DNA from: a virus
Lineage: Duplodnaviria > Caudoviricetes
Virus record (IMG/VR): IMGVR_UViG_3300037264_003470
Span: 1 to 63,163 of that record
DNA: 63,163 nucleotides
Reading direction: 5' to 3' (one strand)
The position numbers were made by a program, and so were the translations under genes. Positions 9,706-20,027 of the stretch are shown here, piece by piece (the stretch's first letter is position 1; each line of letters begins with the position of its first letter). The notes beneath the pieces were generated by a model, which saw only the letters and a program-made list of their open reading frames with translations, was not told where the DNA came from and did no database searches.

Positions 9706-10522
9706 TGAAAAACCTTTTCAAACCAGCTAATTTTATATATGTAGCAAATTCATAAACTGGATCAGGGTTAGTGTAAGCTACATTAATTTTTGCCTTTTGC
9801 ATCCAATATAAATTAGCGTCAATTAAGTTATGTGCTACCTTTTGTTGTGGATAAATCCATAATCCATCCTTTACTTTATCTACTCCAGGCCGTTCATCAT
9901 TATACATTTCTAGAGTTGATATAATGGCTAATTTCTTTACATTAAGCTTGTAACATATTCCTATAGCAGCACATACTGGATTTCTATAATCATCAATGAA
10001 ATTATTATGCTCCGCGAATGGGCCGTTATAAACATCACCAGTCGTAGGTGAGTAAGTGTATAGTGAACCTTTGTAGACTTCTAAAAAATGGGCGAAAGTT
10101 CTTGTAGAAGCAATGCATTTTGGCCAAGACCTGATTATCTGCGGATAGTAATATAAACACTCTTGATATGGGTTGTTGACTACATAATAATTTAACCTTC
10201 GCTGACTTTGCCATTTTGCAAACGCTTTGTTTACCCCAATAATTACTACATCCGATGGCAGTTCTTCAATAGCTTTCAAACTTTCATCAAATCCATAACC
10301 ATCACCTATTATGATTGCCTTTTCATGCGAGCCTTCTTCCCAAGGTGGATATTTTTTGAGACTGTTTTTGAATTCATTCTCTACAATGAGCTTGATATCT
10401 TCTAGAGACATAATATCATTTATGTCAACAGGTTTAATTATAGGTTTGGTAAAATTCCTGACCCAATGACCACTTCTTGACAAACAATATTCATTCTTAT
10501 TTATGTGATTTTTAATTAGCAT
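9695..10522 (-). CDS. MptE/Maf (DUF115)-like or glycosyltransferase-related protein
   Basis: AIIIGDGYG...VIIGVNKAF...YYVVNNP pattern. Confidence 0.5.
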   Translation of the reverse strand: MLIKNHINKNEYCLSRSGHWVRNFTKPIIKPVDINDIMSLEDIKLIVENEFKNSLKKYPPWEEGSHEKAIIIGDGYGFDESLKAIEELPSDVVIIGVNKAFAKWQSQRRLNYYVVNNPYQECLYYYPQIIRSWPKCIASTRTFAHFLEVYKGSLYTYSPTTGDVYNGPFAEHNNFIDDYRNPVCAAIGICYKLNVKKLAIISTLEMYNDERPGVDKVKDGLWIYPQQKVAHNLIDANLYWMQKAKINVAYTNPDPVYEFATYIKLAGLKRFFNDG

Positions 10523-10523
10523 A

Positions 10524-13500
10524 TTATCTTGGTGGAATAACTAAGTTAGTCAGCAATTTTTCTAAATCTGGACTTGGTTTTAATTCCACTGGCACCCCGT
10601 TCCATCGCATCATGATTTCTGGATTCTCAGGCATTACTAATTGAATAGTTCTTGGAATATTTTCAATGATTTCTATAGTTTTTGGTATGCCTGTAACCTG
10701 GAGAGTCTGTGGCATTCCTGTTACTTCTAACTTAATAGAAGTAGGGAAATTAGGTGCAGGTTCGACCAAAATTTTACGAGGAACATCTTTTGCATCAAGT
10801 ATAATTCTCTCTGGTAGATTATGAACTATCTCGATACTCTTTGGAATATCCCCACGAATAAGGATCGTATCTGGTATAGGCTGACTTGGCCCTATAACTT
10901 TAATTTCCTCTGGTAAGTTTCCTCTTAAGAAAATCTCTTGAGGTATGTCGTGCATTACCTTTATATCATTAATTTTAGGTACTACCAACTTAATTTCAGA
11001 AGGCAATAATTCACTTAAGTTAATAGCCAAATTATCATCATCAATTTCCTGCGTCATTTGTCGTCTGTTTGGTGCAACAGTCATTGGTGGTGCAGCCGCA
11101 AAAGCCATTGATGTAGATGGGCATACAACTTGTACAGTTACAACTGGTGGTGTACCCCAATCAACTGAAATTACTGGTGGTGGGCAGAAGCTTATGCATG
11201 GGAAACTTGGCGGCGCACAGAAGCTTATGCATGGGAAACTTGGCGGCGCACAGAAGTTAATACATGGAAATACTGGTGGTGGACAGAAGTTAATACATGG
11301 CAACACTGGTGATGGACAAAAACTGATACATGGGAAAGCTGGTGGCGTACAGAAGTTAATACAATCAATACTTGGCGGCGCACAGAAGCAAACAGGACTT
11401 ATTTTTACGTTTACATCAACATCCAACGATATTTTATCAAACACTGGTGGTGGACAAAAACTGATACATGGGAAAGTTGGCGGCGCACAGAAGTCAATGC
11501 ATGGGAAACTTGGCGGCGTACAGAAACTTATGCATGGGAAACTTGGCGGTACACAGATGTTAATACATAAATCTTCTGGTATGCAGAAACTAATACATGG
11601 GAACACTGGTGGTGGACAGAAACTTATACACTGAAAGCTAGGAGGTTCACAGAAACAAATAGGCTCCAGACTTAAATCCACAATTACATCAAATTTGATA
11701 GGAGATATAACAGGGAATGGAGCAAAGCTAATTGGTGGCGCTGTTGGAAATGCACAGAAACTTACACACTGGAAACTAGGAGGTTCACAGAAGCAAATAG
11801 GGCTTATTTTTACGTTTACATCAACATCGAATGATATTGTATCAAACACTGGTAACGGCGCGAAACTAATAGGAGCAAACGCTGGCGGTGGACAGAAGCT
11901 TACACAATGAAAATCTGGTGGTGGACAGAAGCTAATACACTGGAAGCTAGGAGGTTCACAGAAACAAATAGGCTCCAGACTCAAATCCACAACCACATCA
12001 AATTTGACAGGAGGTATAACAGGGAATGGAGCAAAGCTGATTGCTGGCACATTGCAGAAACTCACACACTGGAAGCTAGGAGGTTCACAGAAACTTACAC
12101 AATTAAACTTTGGCGGCTCACAGAAACAAATAGGCTCGATACTTAGCCCTACGGCCACATCGAATGATATTTTATCAAACACTGGCAACGGCGCGAAACT
12201 TATAGGAGCAAACGCTGGTGGTGGACAGAAACTAATACACTTAAAATCTGGTGGTGGACAGAAACTAATACACTGGAAGCTAGGCGGCTCACAGAAACAA
12301 ATAGGTTCTATGCTTAGCCCTACAGCCACATCGAATGATATTTTATCAAACACAGGCAATGGGGCGAAACTAATAGGGGCGAACTCTGGCATATTGCAGA
12401 AGCTTATACAGTCAAACTTTGGCGGCTCACAGAAACAAATAGGTTCTATGCTTAGCCCTACAGCCACATCGAATGATATTTTATCAAACACTGGTAACGG
12501 CGCGAAACTAATAGGAGCGAAGCTTGGCACATTGCAGAAACTTAAACAGTCAAACTTTGGCGGTTCACAGAAACAAATAGGTTCTATGCTTAGCCCTACA
12601 GCCACATCGAATGATATTTTATCAAACACTGGTAACGGGGCAAAGCTAATAGGAGCGAAGCTTGGCAATGAACAGAAGCTTATACAGTCAAACTTCGGCG
12701 GCTGGCAGAAGCACACAGGCTCCATGCTCACGTCTAGTATTATGCTAAATCTTACAGATTCTATGCTTGGGAATGGTGCGAAACTAATCACGCCAAAACT
12801 TGGCGGTTCACAGAAACAAATAGGTTCTATGCTTAGTCCTACAGCCACATCAAACGATACCCTATCTAGGTTTGGGAATGGCGCGAAACTAATAGGGGCG
12901 AAGCTAGGCGGTTCGCAGAAGCACACAGGTTCCAGGGTTAAGTCTATAGTTACATCAAATGATACTGGTTGGATGTTTGGGAACTGAGCAAAGCTAATAG
13001 GGGCGAAGCTAGGCGGTTCGCAGAAGCATATAGGGTCTATGCTTAGTCCTACAGCCACATCAAAAGACACTCTATCTATGCTTGGGAATGGTGCAAAGTT
13101 AATTAAACTAAAGCTTGGCGGTTCGCAGAAGCATACAGGCTCCATGCTTAAGTTTAATTGCATTGATATAGGATCAAACTTCGGTGGCTGGCAGAAGCAT
13201 ATAGGCTCCATGCTCACATCTAGTATTATGCTAAATCTTACAGATTCCATGCTTGGGAATGGTGCAAAACTAATTACGTCAAACTTTGGCGGCTCACAGA
13301 AACAAATAGGTTCTATGCTTAGTCCTACGGCCACATCGAATGATATTCTGTCAAAGCTTGGGAATGGTGCAAAGCCAATCACATCAAAACTTGGCGGTTT
13401 GCAGAAGCATATAGGCTCGAAACTAATAGGGGCAAAGCTAGGTGGTTCGCAGAAGCACACTGGTTCGATACTCAAATCTATAACTACGTCGAAGGATACG

Positions 13501-14627
13501 ATGCTTGGCATACAACAGCCAACCAAGGATATAACGCTAGGTAAATGGCATCCTTCTAGTGATATTACGCTGATTTTACATGGACTAACTATTTGTATAA
13601 CTTGTGGTGTTTTACATGCTTCAATTACAGATATACAACAAGATATTTGTGACATTGATATCTGTGAAGGACACAAGTTTACTTCTGGTAATAAAATAGG
13701 TGGCAAATTTAATAGTGGTCCAGGGCATATTTGTTTTGGAGCTATAAACTGTGGAAACGCTGGTATATCAGGAATATGAACCACAAATGGTACAGACGGG
13801 TTTGGTAGATTAATGCCGCAGCAGAACTCGTTTGGTGGCATTGGGCTTTGTACTAGACAACAATTAGCCGCACAAACTGTTACAGTAGGGTTATATGGCC
13901 CAGCACTTATGTATTGATGAACTCCAGATAGCTGAGTGTTTTCTTTAAATCCGTCACCAAAATCAAGTTCAAAAGAAAGATAATTACCAAAAATTCGAAT
14001 ACAATATTCAGCTAGGCCACCAGTGTTATTAAATTCAAATTCAACGTCAGGGCAGGCGTCATCACCCACTTGTGGGCAGCATCCTACCATTGAAGAGATT
14101 GATGAAGTGAGTGGGGCTGCATGTAAGGCATCTGGACTAGCTGCTAATGCATTAGTTTTCTGAACTTGTAGAGGCAATAAGTTCTTTCTTACGTTTTGTT
14201 GAGTTTTAAGTTGTGGTCCTACTTTTAATACATCACCAATATCACCTATTGCATCTTCAATTGCCATGACAGCATCTACTAATTGGTTGTGGGTCTGTGC
14301 CACTACATTTGAGTATATTGATGTGCCTTCATAATAGGACTGTGGCTCACCTTCCACCCCACGGATACAATCTTTTAACTGGTCTACTTTTCCATCTTCA
14401 TTAAGATTTACTGCGTCATAATAAATTAATTCGTCAGCGATAGTTACGAAACCGTTTTCAGGCCATATTTCTACTGAATTAGCATCTTGAGGAACGATGT
14501 TGATTAAATCGTCTAGTCTTTCTAAATTTTTGGACAAAGTGGCCTGCGTACTGTTTTTTACGTTGAACAGCGTGTAATCTGAATCGAGAGCAATCGGATA
14601 TACTGGTTTCGGTATCCCTCGCGGCAC
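10524..14627 (-). CDS. 1367-aa Cys/Pro-rich repeat protein with PKD-like domain, probable virion fibre or decoration
   Basis: GTG start with AAGGAG SD; LDFGDG..H.Y...G.Y PKD motif; dozens of FCEPPSF/CISF units. Confidence 0.8.
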   Translation of the reverse strand: MPRGIPKPVYPIALDSDYTLFNVKNSTQATLSKNLERLDDLINIVPQDANSVEIWPENGFVTIADELIYYDAVNLNEDGKVDQLKDCIRGVEGEPQSYYEGTSIYSNVVAQTHNQLVDAVMAIEDAIGDIGDVLKVGPQLKTQQNVRKNLLPLQVQKTNALAASPDALHAAPLTSSISSMVGCCPQVGDDACPDVEFEFNNTGGLAEYCIRIFGNYLSFELDFGDGFKENTQLSGVHQYISAGPYNPTVTVCAANCCLVQSPMPPNEFCCGINLPNPSVPFVVHIPDIPAFPQFIAPKQICPGPLLNLPPILLPEVNLCPSQISMSQISCCISVIEACKTPQVIQIVSPCKISVISLEGCHLPSVISLVGCCMPSIVSFDVVIDLSIEPVCFCEPPSFAPISFEPICFCKPPSFDVIGFAPFPSFDRISFDVAVGLSIEPICFCEPPKFDVISFAPFPSMESVRFSIILDVSMEPICFCQPPKFDPISMQLNLSMEPVCFCEPPSFSLINFAPFPSIDRVSFDVAVGLSIDPICFCEPPSFAPISFAQFPNIQPVSFDVTIDLTLEPVCFCEPPSFAPISFAPFPNLDRVSFDVAVGLSIEPICFCEPPSFGVISFAPFPSIESVRFSIILDVSMEPVCFCQPPKFDCISFCSLPSFAPISFAPLPVFDKISFDVAVGLSIEPICFCEPPKFDCLSFCNVPSFAPISFAPLPVFDKISFDVAVGLSIEPICFCEPPKFDCISFCNMPEFAPISFAPLPVFDKISFDVAVGLSIEPICFCEPPSFQCISFCPPPDFKCISFCPPPAFAPISFAPLPVFDKISFDVAVGLSIEPICFCEPPKFNCVSFCEPPSFQCVSFCNVPAISFAPFPVIPPVKFDVVVDLSLEPICFCEPPSFQCISFCPPPDFHCVSFCPPPAFAPISFAPLPVFDTISFDVDVNVKISPICFCEPPSFQCVSFCAFPTAPPISFAPFPVISPIKFDVIVDLSLEPICFCEPPSFQCISFCPPPVFPCISFCIPEDLCINICVPPSFPCISFCTPPSFPCIDFCAPPTFPCISFCPPPVFDKISLDVDVNVKISPVCFCAPPSIDCINFCTPPAFPCISFCPSPVLPCINFCPPPVFPCINFCAPPSFPCISFCAPPSFPCISFCPPPVISVDWGTPPVVTVQVVCPSTSMAFAAAPPMTVAPNRRQMTQEIDDDNLAINLSELLPSEIKLVVPKINDIKVMHDIPQEIFLRGNLPEEIKVIGPSQPIPDTILIRGDIPKSIEIVHNLPERIILDAKDVPRKILVEPAPNFPTSIKLEVTGMPQTLQVTGIPKTIEIIENIPRTIQLVMPENPEIMMRWNGVPVELKPSPDLEKLLTNLVIPPR
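11160..13500 (-). repeat. nested coding repeats (about 11-12-aa units grouped into higher-order units of roughly 35-57 aa)
   Basis: recurring PVFDKISFDVAVGLSIEPICFCEPP and PPSFPCISFC; DNA near-identical between units. Confidence 0.9.
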
Positions 14628-14649
14628 TTCTACTCCTTTATACTATATA

Positions 14650-16770
14650 TTAAAAAATTGTCATTAACCACTGTTTATTTATAGGGCTTTGACTGAAAGT
14701 GACATAGGACATATCTAGTTCATTGAACTTAAAGAATGCTGTATCTTCAATGCTTATATATGCTTTTGATTCCAAATCAGACGCAGCCAACAAACTGTTT
14801 AAATCACTTCTCGCTATTTTATTATGGGAATTAACCAGTTCCCAAGTGCCGCTAGTAGTATTGAAGCAATAAGAGCCACCAGCGTTATTAAAGAAATAAA
14901 TTCCATTATTCAAACCAATTAAAGAACCTTCTTTATTCCCATCCCCAGGCATATCTGGAAGTTTGACTATATTCCTGAACGGCAGGCCCAGCGTACCTTC
15001 TGTCTTATAGAAACTCTGAAATGCGAAGTGTTCTCCCAACCCAACAGTTCTTACTATATAACCAACGTCGTCTTTCCAAGTCGTTCTGTAAGCAGAATAA
15101 TGTCCATGTGCAGCGTCGTATTTTGAATCAAATACACCAGGATTAACTATCAGGTCATGTGCGCCATTTTTGAAATTGCTGTACTCAAGAGTATCATTAT
15201 CGCTAATCTCCGCTGCAATGTTATATGTGGTTTTTGTTTTGTTAGTCAATGACAACGTAGGTAATTGCTCGGTTGTTGGTGATCCACATATAAAGTATAT
15301 GTCCTTGCTGGATGCCAGCGCCGCCCAATTCCAAGGTCTGTTAAGAGAATGTTCAATCTTGTAATGATCGCTAAATCCATTGTAGGTTGAAAAATGTATA
15401 CGTTCTTCGGCAGGTAAGTCCGCTATGGTCCTTCCGCTCGCCCAAAACAGTAAACATTCACCACCTTCTCCAGATTTAAGGTTGTCCTTCTTGGCTACTC
15501 CGTTATTCCTCCAAAATTCAAATATTTGTCTCTGGTTCTCTGGTTTGTCCTCAATGAATTTATCACTTGATCTTAAAGCGTAAGTATTATTTGATGTTTT
15601 CAATACTTCGCTAACTAAGCCAAACTCATAAGACCTGATTCTTTGCTTATTCTCATTACTCCAAATCCATAAATTTGTCGGCTCTACAACATCTATAGCG
15701 TTTTCGTAAGTTGTTATTCTGTAAGCACCTAAGCCAGTATCTGTCCGCACTACCAAATCATGAAAGCCTCCGACTGTGAAAAGCGCCTTTGTTTTATGAG
15801 CATTCGCATGTGGTAGGTCATCGCTCAGGTTCCAGGTATAACTTGTAACAGAATCTGTTGCTTTATTTGTTTTTGGGTCTATGAGTTCGCCAGCAAAGGT
15901 TTTTTTATTGTTTTCAACAGATTTTTGTGGAATTTCAATTAATACAGGTTGGTTAACTGGAGTACGAATTTTAGGGATGATATCATCCAGGTGGATTTGG
16001 TTCTCGAACGGCAAGAATTTTATACTGGCTTGGTCAGGAGCTTGGCCTTTGATTTTAACCATATCGACAAAAGTAACCGTATCTTCCCCATAATAGTTTT
16101 TAACAGTGAGTGAGATAGTATAATCTCCAGAGTTAATGAATGTTTTCTCAACAAATGGCTCAAATGTTGTTATTTCTTCATCGTTGAATTTCCATTCATA
16201 TGTGACATTGCCAACTGGTCCTACGTTACCAGAGCCAGTGAAGACAAACCTTGTTGTAAATGGTGCTGCACCTATTGATCTATCTACTTCGAACCATGCT
16301 TTGGGAGAGAATAGAATTTTTTTCATGAAGTTCAATCTTCCAAATATGGTTCCAGTCTTGGGTTCACTTTCAACTGAATGTTTTGTGCCTAAGAATTTTT
16401 CTATAGACAAAATAGCTTCTTTTAATGCCTCTCTGTGATTTGCCATTGCCTGAAGAGTTATCGTTGTGATTTTTTTAGGCTTCACACAATCAATGGAATC
16501 TGGCAATAGCTCTAAATTGGTGAATTCTCTATTAGTTCTAGCCCCATAATACAAAGATACTGCTCGTTCTTTTGGGGAATTGTGCTGTTCAACCAAGGTT
16601 ATGATTCCAGATGGTGGGAATTTACTAATATCGCCGTCAGCTAATATCATATTGCTGCCAGGATGGTAGTCGAACCCTAATGGCACTCTTAATCCATCAT
16701 GTACCAAGTATAAATTTTCATCATTGTCTAAGTGTTCTGGATAATAACTGCCTTGGGGTAGGTTCGTCAT
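14650..16770 (-). CDS. PKD-domain virion-associated protein
   Basis: 706 aa; N-domain shared with both neighbours; YEWKFND..KTF...GDYTISLTVKN. Confidence 0.75.
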   Translation of the reverse strand: MTNLPQGSYYPEHLDNDENLYLVHDGLRVPLGFDYHPGSNMILADGDISKFPPSGIITLVEQHNSPKERAVSLYYGARTNREFTNLELLPDSIDCVKPKKITTITLQAMANHREALKEAILSIEKFLGTKHSVESEPKTGTIFGRLNFMKKILFSPKAWFEVDRSIGAAPFTTRFVFTGSGNVGPVGNVTYEWKFNDEEITTFEPFVEKTFINSGDYTISLTVKNYYGEDTVTFVDMVKIKGQAPDQASIKFLPFENQIHLDDIIPKIRTPVNQPVLIEIPQKSVENNKKTFAGELIDPKTNKATDSVTSYTWNLSDDLPHANAHKTKALFTVGGFHDLVVRTDTGLGAYRITTYENAIDVVEPTNLWIWSNENKQRIRSYEFGLVSEVLKTSNNTYALRSSDKFIEDKPENQRQIFEFWRNNGVAKKDNLKSGEGGECLLFWASGRTIADLPAEERIHFSTYNGFSDHYKIEHSLNRPWNWAALASSKDIYFICGSPTTEQLPTLSLTNKTKTTYNIAAEISDNDTLEYSNFKNGAHDLIVNPGVFDSKYDAAHGHYSAYRTTWKDDVGYIVRTVGLGEHFAFQSFYKTEGTLGLPFRNIVKLPDMPGDGNKEGSLIGLNNGIYFFNNAGGSYCFNTTSGTWELVNSHNKIARSDLNSLLAASDLESKAYISIEDTAFFKFNELDMSYVTFSQSPINKQWLMTIF

Positions 16771-17762
16771 ACTATATTTATTCCTTCTGGTAATACTACC
16801 TTCTTAATTTTGTTATCTGACAATCTGAGTATCAAGGATGGGGCGTAATTACCTTTCTTACTGTATTTGTGGGTAACGCTATGAATGTTTGGGTTAGTTA
16901 CTGTGATATCTACCCCATCCCCAAAAAACCAATGTCTTTCAACTATATCCCCGTCACTTTGGTCTACGAAAGAGAACTCAGTATCTATGCTGCCCTGAAG
17001 TGGAGTTACATAAAAGAACGAAGGGAGTTGATTGTTATTTATCTCTATGTAGTCAGCTTTTTCTGTTAAGCCTTGACCTTGGTTAACAGAAGTCATGGTT
17101 AATCGTACTGTGAATTTACCTTCGGTCGAGTAGGTGTGAATAGGATTTTCTTCGTTACTTGTTTCTCCGTCTCCAAAGTCCCACAAATATCTACCACCAT
17201 AGCCTGTTGAGAAATTATGAAAAGTTACAATTAAAGGTGCTGCACCCATTCGTGGGTAGCCCCTGAACACTGGTTTTGGGGCTAGCCATTTGTTTTCTAT
17301 ATAATTTAAAATTCCATTAATTGAGTCGTCACTTGGATTTTCCTTTAATCCTATTTTCTTTTCAATCTGAATAATGGCGTCTTTAATTGCGTTGTGGTGT
17401 TCTGCCATTAATGGGCAAGTAACTTTGCTTCCTGTTGGCCATGTGTGCGTAGAAGTGCCGTTGTAACCTCTGTGTAATAAATGCAACTGATCCCCAATTT
17501 TTTTACCATAAAAAACCACTTCATTGATTCCAAGCAATGTATCTGAATTAGGTGGTGTAATTTTGATTATGCCACTATTTGGGAAACTGCTTGCATTATC
17601 TAAAACTATGTATTTACCATTGGCTGGTAATGTATATCTGAGCGTATCTTGAGCCTTATTTGTCGCATAGTGTAGGTTAAACGGAGTGTCTTTTGCCTTC
17701 GGGAAAACAGATAAATGGCCTGGCGTTGAACTTTTATTGATTGTCAATTTGTTTTCGGACAT
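16767..17762 (-). CDS. tandem PKD-domain protein
   Basis: WDFGDGETSNEENPIHTYSTEGKFTVRLT and WFFGDG...HKYSKKGNY; ATG 17762 with GGAG SD. Confidence 0.85.
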   Translation of the reverse strand: MSENKLTINKSSTPGHLSVFPKAKDTPFNLHYATNKAQDTLRYTLPANGKYIVLDNASSFPNSGIIKITPPNSDTLLGINEVVFYGKKIGDQLHLLHRGYNGTSTHTWPTGSKVTCPLMAEHHNAIKDAIIQIEKKIGLKENPSDDSINGILNYIENKWLAPKPVFRGYPRMGAAPLIVTFHNFSTGYGGRYLWDFGDGETSNEENPIHTYSTEGKFTVRLTMTSVNQGQGLTEKADYIEINNNQLPSFFYVTPLQGSIDTEFSFVDQSDGDIVERHWFFGDGVDITVTNPNIHSVTHKYSKKGNYAPSLILRLSDNKIKKVVLPEGINIV

Positions 17763-18426
17763 TATTCTCCTTTTCACATGCAACTTGTATTTGAGCTTTA
17801 CAGCCTTCTAAAAGATTAATTACCTGTGCCTTTACTCCAGATTTTTCATGCAAAGATAACGCTGTTCTAAGTAAATCAGATGGCAATGGCTGTTTGGTCA
17901 AAATCCTCAAATTAATTTCTTCTGAAATCTTTGCTTCCCAAAATTCCTGTTGTGCTTCATGGTTGTCGTAATCTTTTAGTTGTTCTACTTTCTCTAAAGC
18001 TTCAAATGCCTGAAGAAAGAACTTCGCTTCCTGAATTTCAAACTCTAGCTTTTTTTGCATCTTATCTATGTTGTTTAAAAGGGATTCTACTTTCCTTTTT
18101 AGTCTTCTTGCCTTTATTACCTGTTCACGCTTGCAAATCTCGTTTAACTTTGTATTTTGATAAGTTAAATCCGTATCGGAATAGAACTTTTCATGGTCTA
18201 TTTTGATTAGTTCGATTTCGTCCTTAGTGTCTTCGATTTGCAGGGTTAGTGTCTCGATAGTTTCCTTTCTTGACTGAAGTTCTTTTAGACATTGCCATAG
18301 TTGTGCTTGTGTGGTAGGCTCTTTGCCTAATACGAAATACTTCAACTGGTAGAAACTGTGTCGATTTTCAGGCGCGCGTTCCAAAACCTTATCAATCTTC
18401 TCAAAAAACTCTTCATTACTTGACAT
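17734..18426 (-). CDS. coiled-coil hypothetical protein
   Basis: 230 aa, heptad-like E/K/L/I pattern; AGGAG SD. Confidence 0.75.
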   Translation of the reverse strand: MSSNEEFFEKIDKVLERAPENRHSFYQLKYFVLGKEPTTQAQLWQCLKELQSRKETIETLTLQIEDTKDEIELIKIDHEKFYSDTDLTYQNTKLNEICKREQVIKARRLKRKVESLLNNIDKMQKKLEFEIQEAKFFLQAFEALEKVEQLKDYDNHEAQQEFWEAKISEEINLRILTKQPLPSDLLRTALSLHEKSGVKAQVINLLEGCKAQIQVACEKENNVRKQIDNQ

Positions 18427-18469
18427 TTTATTTTCTCCTGGTTATTTATTATAGTTTCGGAGATTACAA

Positions 18470-19012
18470 ATGGCTACAACCAAAAAGACAAAGAAAAAAA
18501 CATATCTTGCTGGCAGGCGATGCTACTTGTCTGGCCCAATTGAGAATGACACTCATGGGCATAACTGGCGAGATGAACCTAAACGGATTCTGACGAGAAG
18601 GTTTAAAATTGACATGTTTGATCCTTTTGCCGATCCAAAGCAAATCTTTGCTGACGATCTTTACCAGGCGCGGGACACCCGTGATTACGATACCATAGTT
18701 AAAATTGCAAAAGGCTTTGTCAGAAAAGACCTGGCAATGGTGGATCGTGCAGACTTCATAATTGCCTATCTGCCCTACAAAGTTCCCACCTGTGGAACCC
18801 ATCACGAAATTATCAATAGCAACAACGCCAAAAAACCGACGTTGTTAGTATGCCCGCAGGGGAAAGAATTTGTTCCACTGTGGTATTATGGCTTTATTCC
18901 ACATGAGTTTATGTTTGGCTGTTGGGATGATTTATACAAATATTTAAAGGACGTGGATTGCGGCTTACACATGGGTAATAATCGCTGGCACTTTATCTAT
19001 GGTCTAGTTTAG
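18470..19012 (+). CDS. nucleoside 2-deoxyribosyltransferase-like / nucleotide N-glycosidase family
   Basis: YLSGPI, FDP, D...V.RADFIIAY, GT..E motifs. Confidence 0.75.
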   Translation: MATTKKTKKKTYLAGRRCYLSGPIENDTHGHNWRDEPKRILTRRFKIDMFDPFADPKQIFADDLYQARDTRDYDTIVKIAKGFVRKDLAMVDRADFIIAYLPYKVPTCGTHHEIINSNNAKKPTLLVCPQGKEFVPLWYYGFIPHEFMFGCWDDLYKYLKDVDCGLHMGNNRWHFIYGLV

Positions 19013-19551
19013 AATGGTTTTGCACCGACAAGTCCCTTGAACTTGTATCCTTTTTGTATTGCATTACTTGCCCAAATTATTTTACTTGAATCTAAAGGGT
19101 CCACGTCAGGAAAGTCGCCAATGTCTTGAAAAGATTTTTTGTGGATAAAGAGTCCGTTCATGTCTGAATAAGCGAAAGTAAGGTTGCGATTGATGATCGG
19201 GAATAGAATATCTTGCTCGTTTTCTACGAAATAGGAATACTTAATGTCTATTCTATTTCTGATCCAGCCTTTTGAGAAGAGTATAAAATTCCACTCGTCA
19301 CAGAGGGTGTGTGCCATGCCAGCATTAATCATTGCAGCTATTGTTTTACCACCCTTGTAACTCTTCTTGAAGCTAGATGCTGTATCTAAATCTTCTTTTT
19401 TACAGTTGTTGGGTAAAATAATAACCGTTTTAGCGTCTGGAAAATATATATTTATAGAGCTAATGGTATTAGTCAAATGGCCCAAATTTAAATTTGGACA
19501 CAATACTATAAACCCAAATTTTAAGGGTTTGTATTTATATAAATTAGTCAT
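19009..19551 (-). CDS. degenerate GT-A (GT2-like) fold protein
   Basis: FIVL.PN...L..TI.SI, MINAGM, GLFIHKKSFQDIGDF. Confidence 0.45.
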   Translation of the reverse strand: MTNLYKYKPLKFGFIVLCPNLNLGHLTNTISSINIYFPDAKTVIILPNNCKKEDLDTASSFKKSYKGGKTIAAMINAGMAHTLCDEWNFILFSKGWIRNRIDIKYSYFVENEQDILFPIINRNLTFAYSDMNGLFIHKKSFQDIGDFPDVDPLDSSKIIWASNAIQKGYKFKGLVGAKPF

Positions 19552-19555
19552 ACTA

Positions 19556-20020
19556 TTAAACGAAACAAATAAACCAACTCCAGGCAATCTCCATTTGATC
19601 TGTTTTGTTCAAATCAGCAAAAGTTGAAAGATTGAAAAGAGTACCATCGGATAATTCTAATCCCATTTCATTTAAAGGGAAATCATTACCTTCATTGTCG
19701 GTAATAATTACGCTAAAAATAACTTGAGTTGGCATTTCAGGGTCAAGTTGAGCAATTACTGGCTTCTTGATCCTTGTTACTCCGAAAAGTTTATCTTGGG
19801 ATGGAGAAATTTCTTTCGGAGTGCCATTAGCAGTTCCACTATCCCCAAAGAGTATATGGCTAACATACTTCTTGGGACTATCATCTAAAAGACAGCCAGC
19901 CAAGTATTCCTTGCCAGCAGATAAAATACTATTGTTGAATCTGAGTATCTCAGTCCTGCCAGTGTCTTTATACGTTATCCTAGCTTCTATAAAACCTTTT
20001 GGCTTAATTAAATCTGTCAT
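19556..20020 (-). CDS. tail-fibre attachment / baseplate protein (P2 gpH N-domain-like)
   Basis: N.IL.AG..YLA, ILFGDSG, EGN..LNEMGL..DGTLF. Confidence 0.6.
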   Translation of the reverse strand: MTDLIKPKGFIEARITYKDTGRTEILRFNNSILSAGKEYLAGCLLDDSPKKYVSHILFGDSGTANGTPKEISPSQDKLFGVTRIKKPVIAQLDPEMPTQVIFSVIITDNEGNDFPLNEMGLELSDGTLFNLSTFADLNKTDQMEIAWSWFICFV

Positions 20021-20027
20021 AATTCTC

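Noticed and set aside
11160-13500. Diversity-generating retroelement TR/VR pair
   Set aside because: Repeats are tandem and in-frame, differences do not appear adenine-specific, and no reverse transcriptase is seen.
10945-13779. Long plus-strand ORFs (229, 327, 246 aa)
   Set aside because: Antisense shadows of the repetitive Cys/Pro gene.
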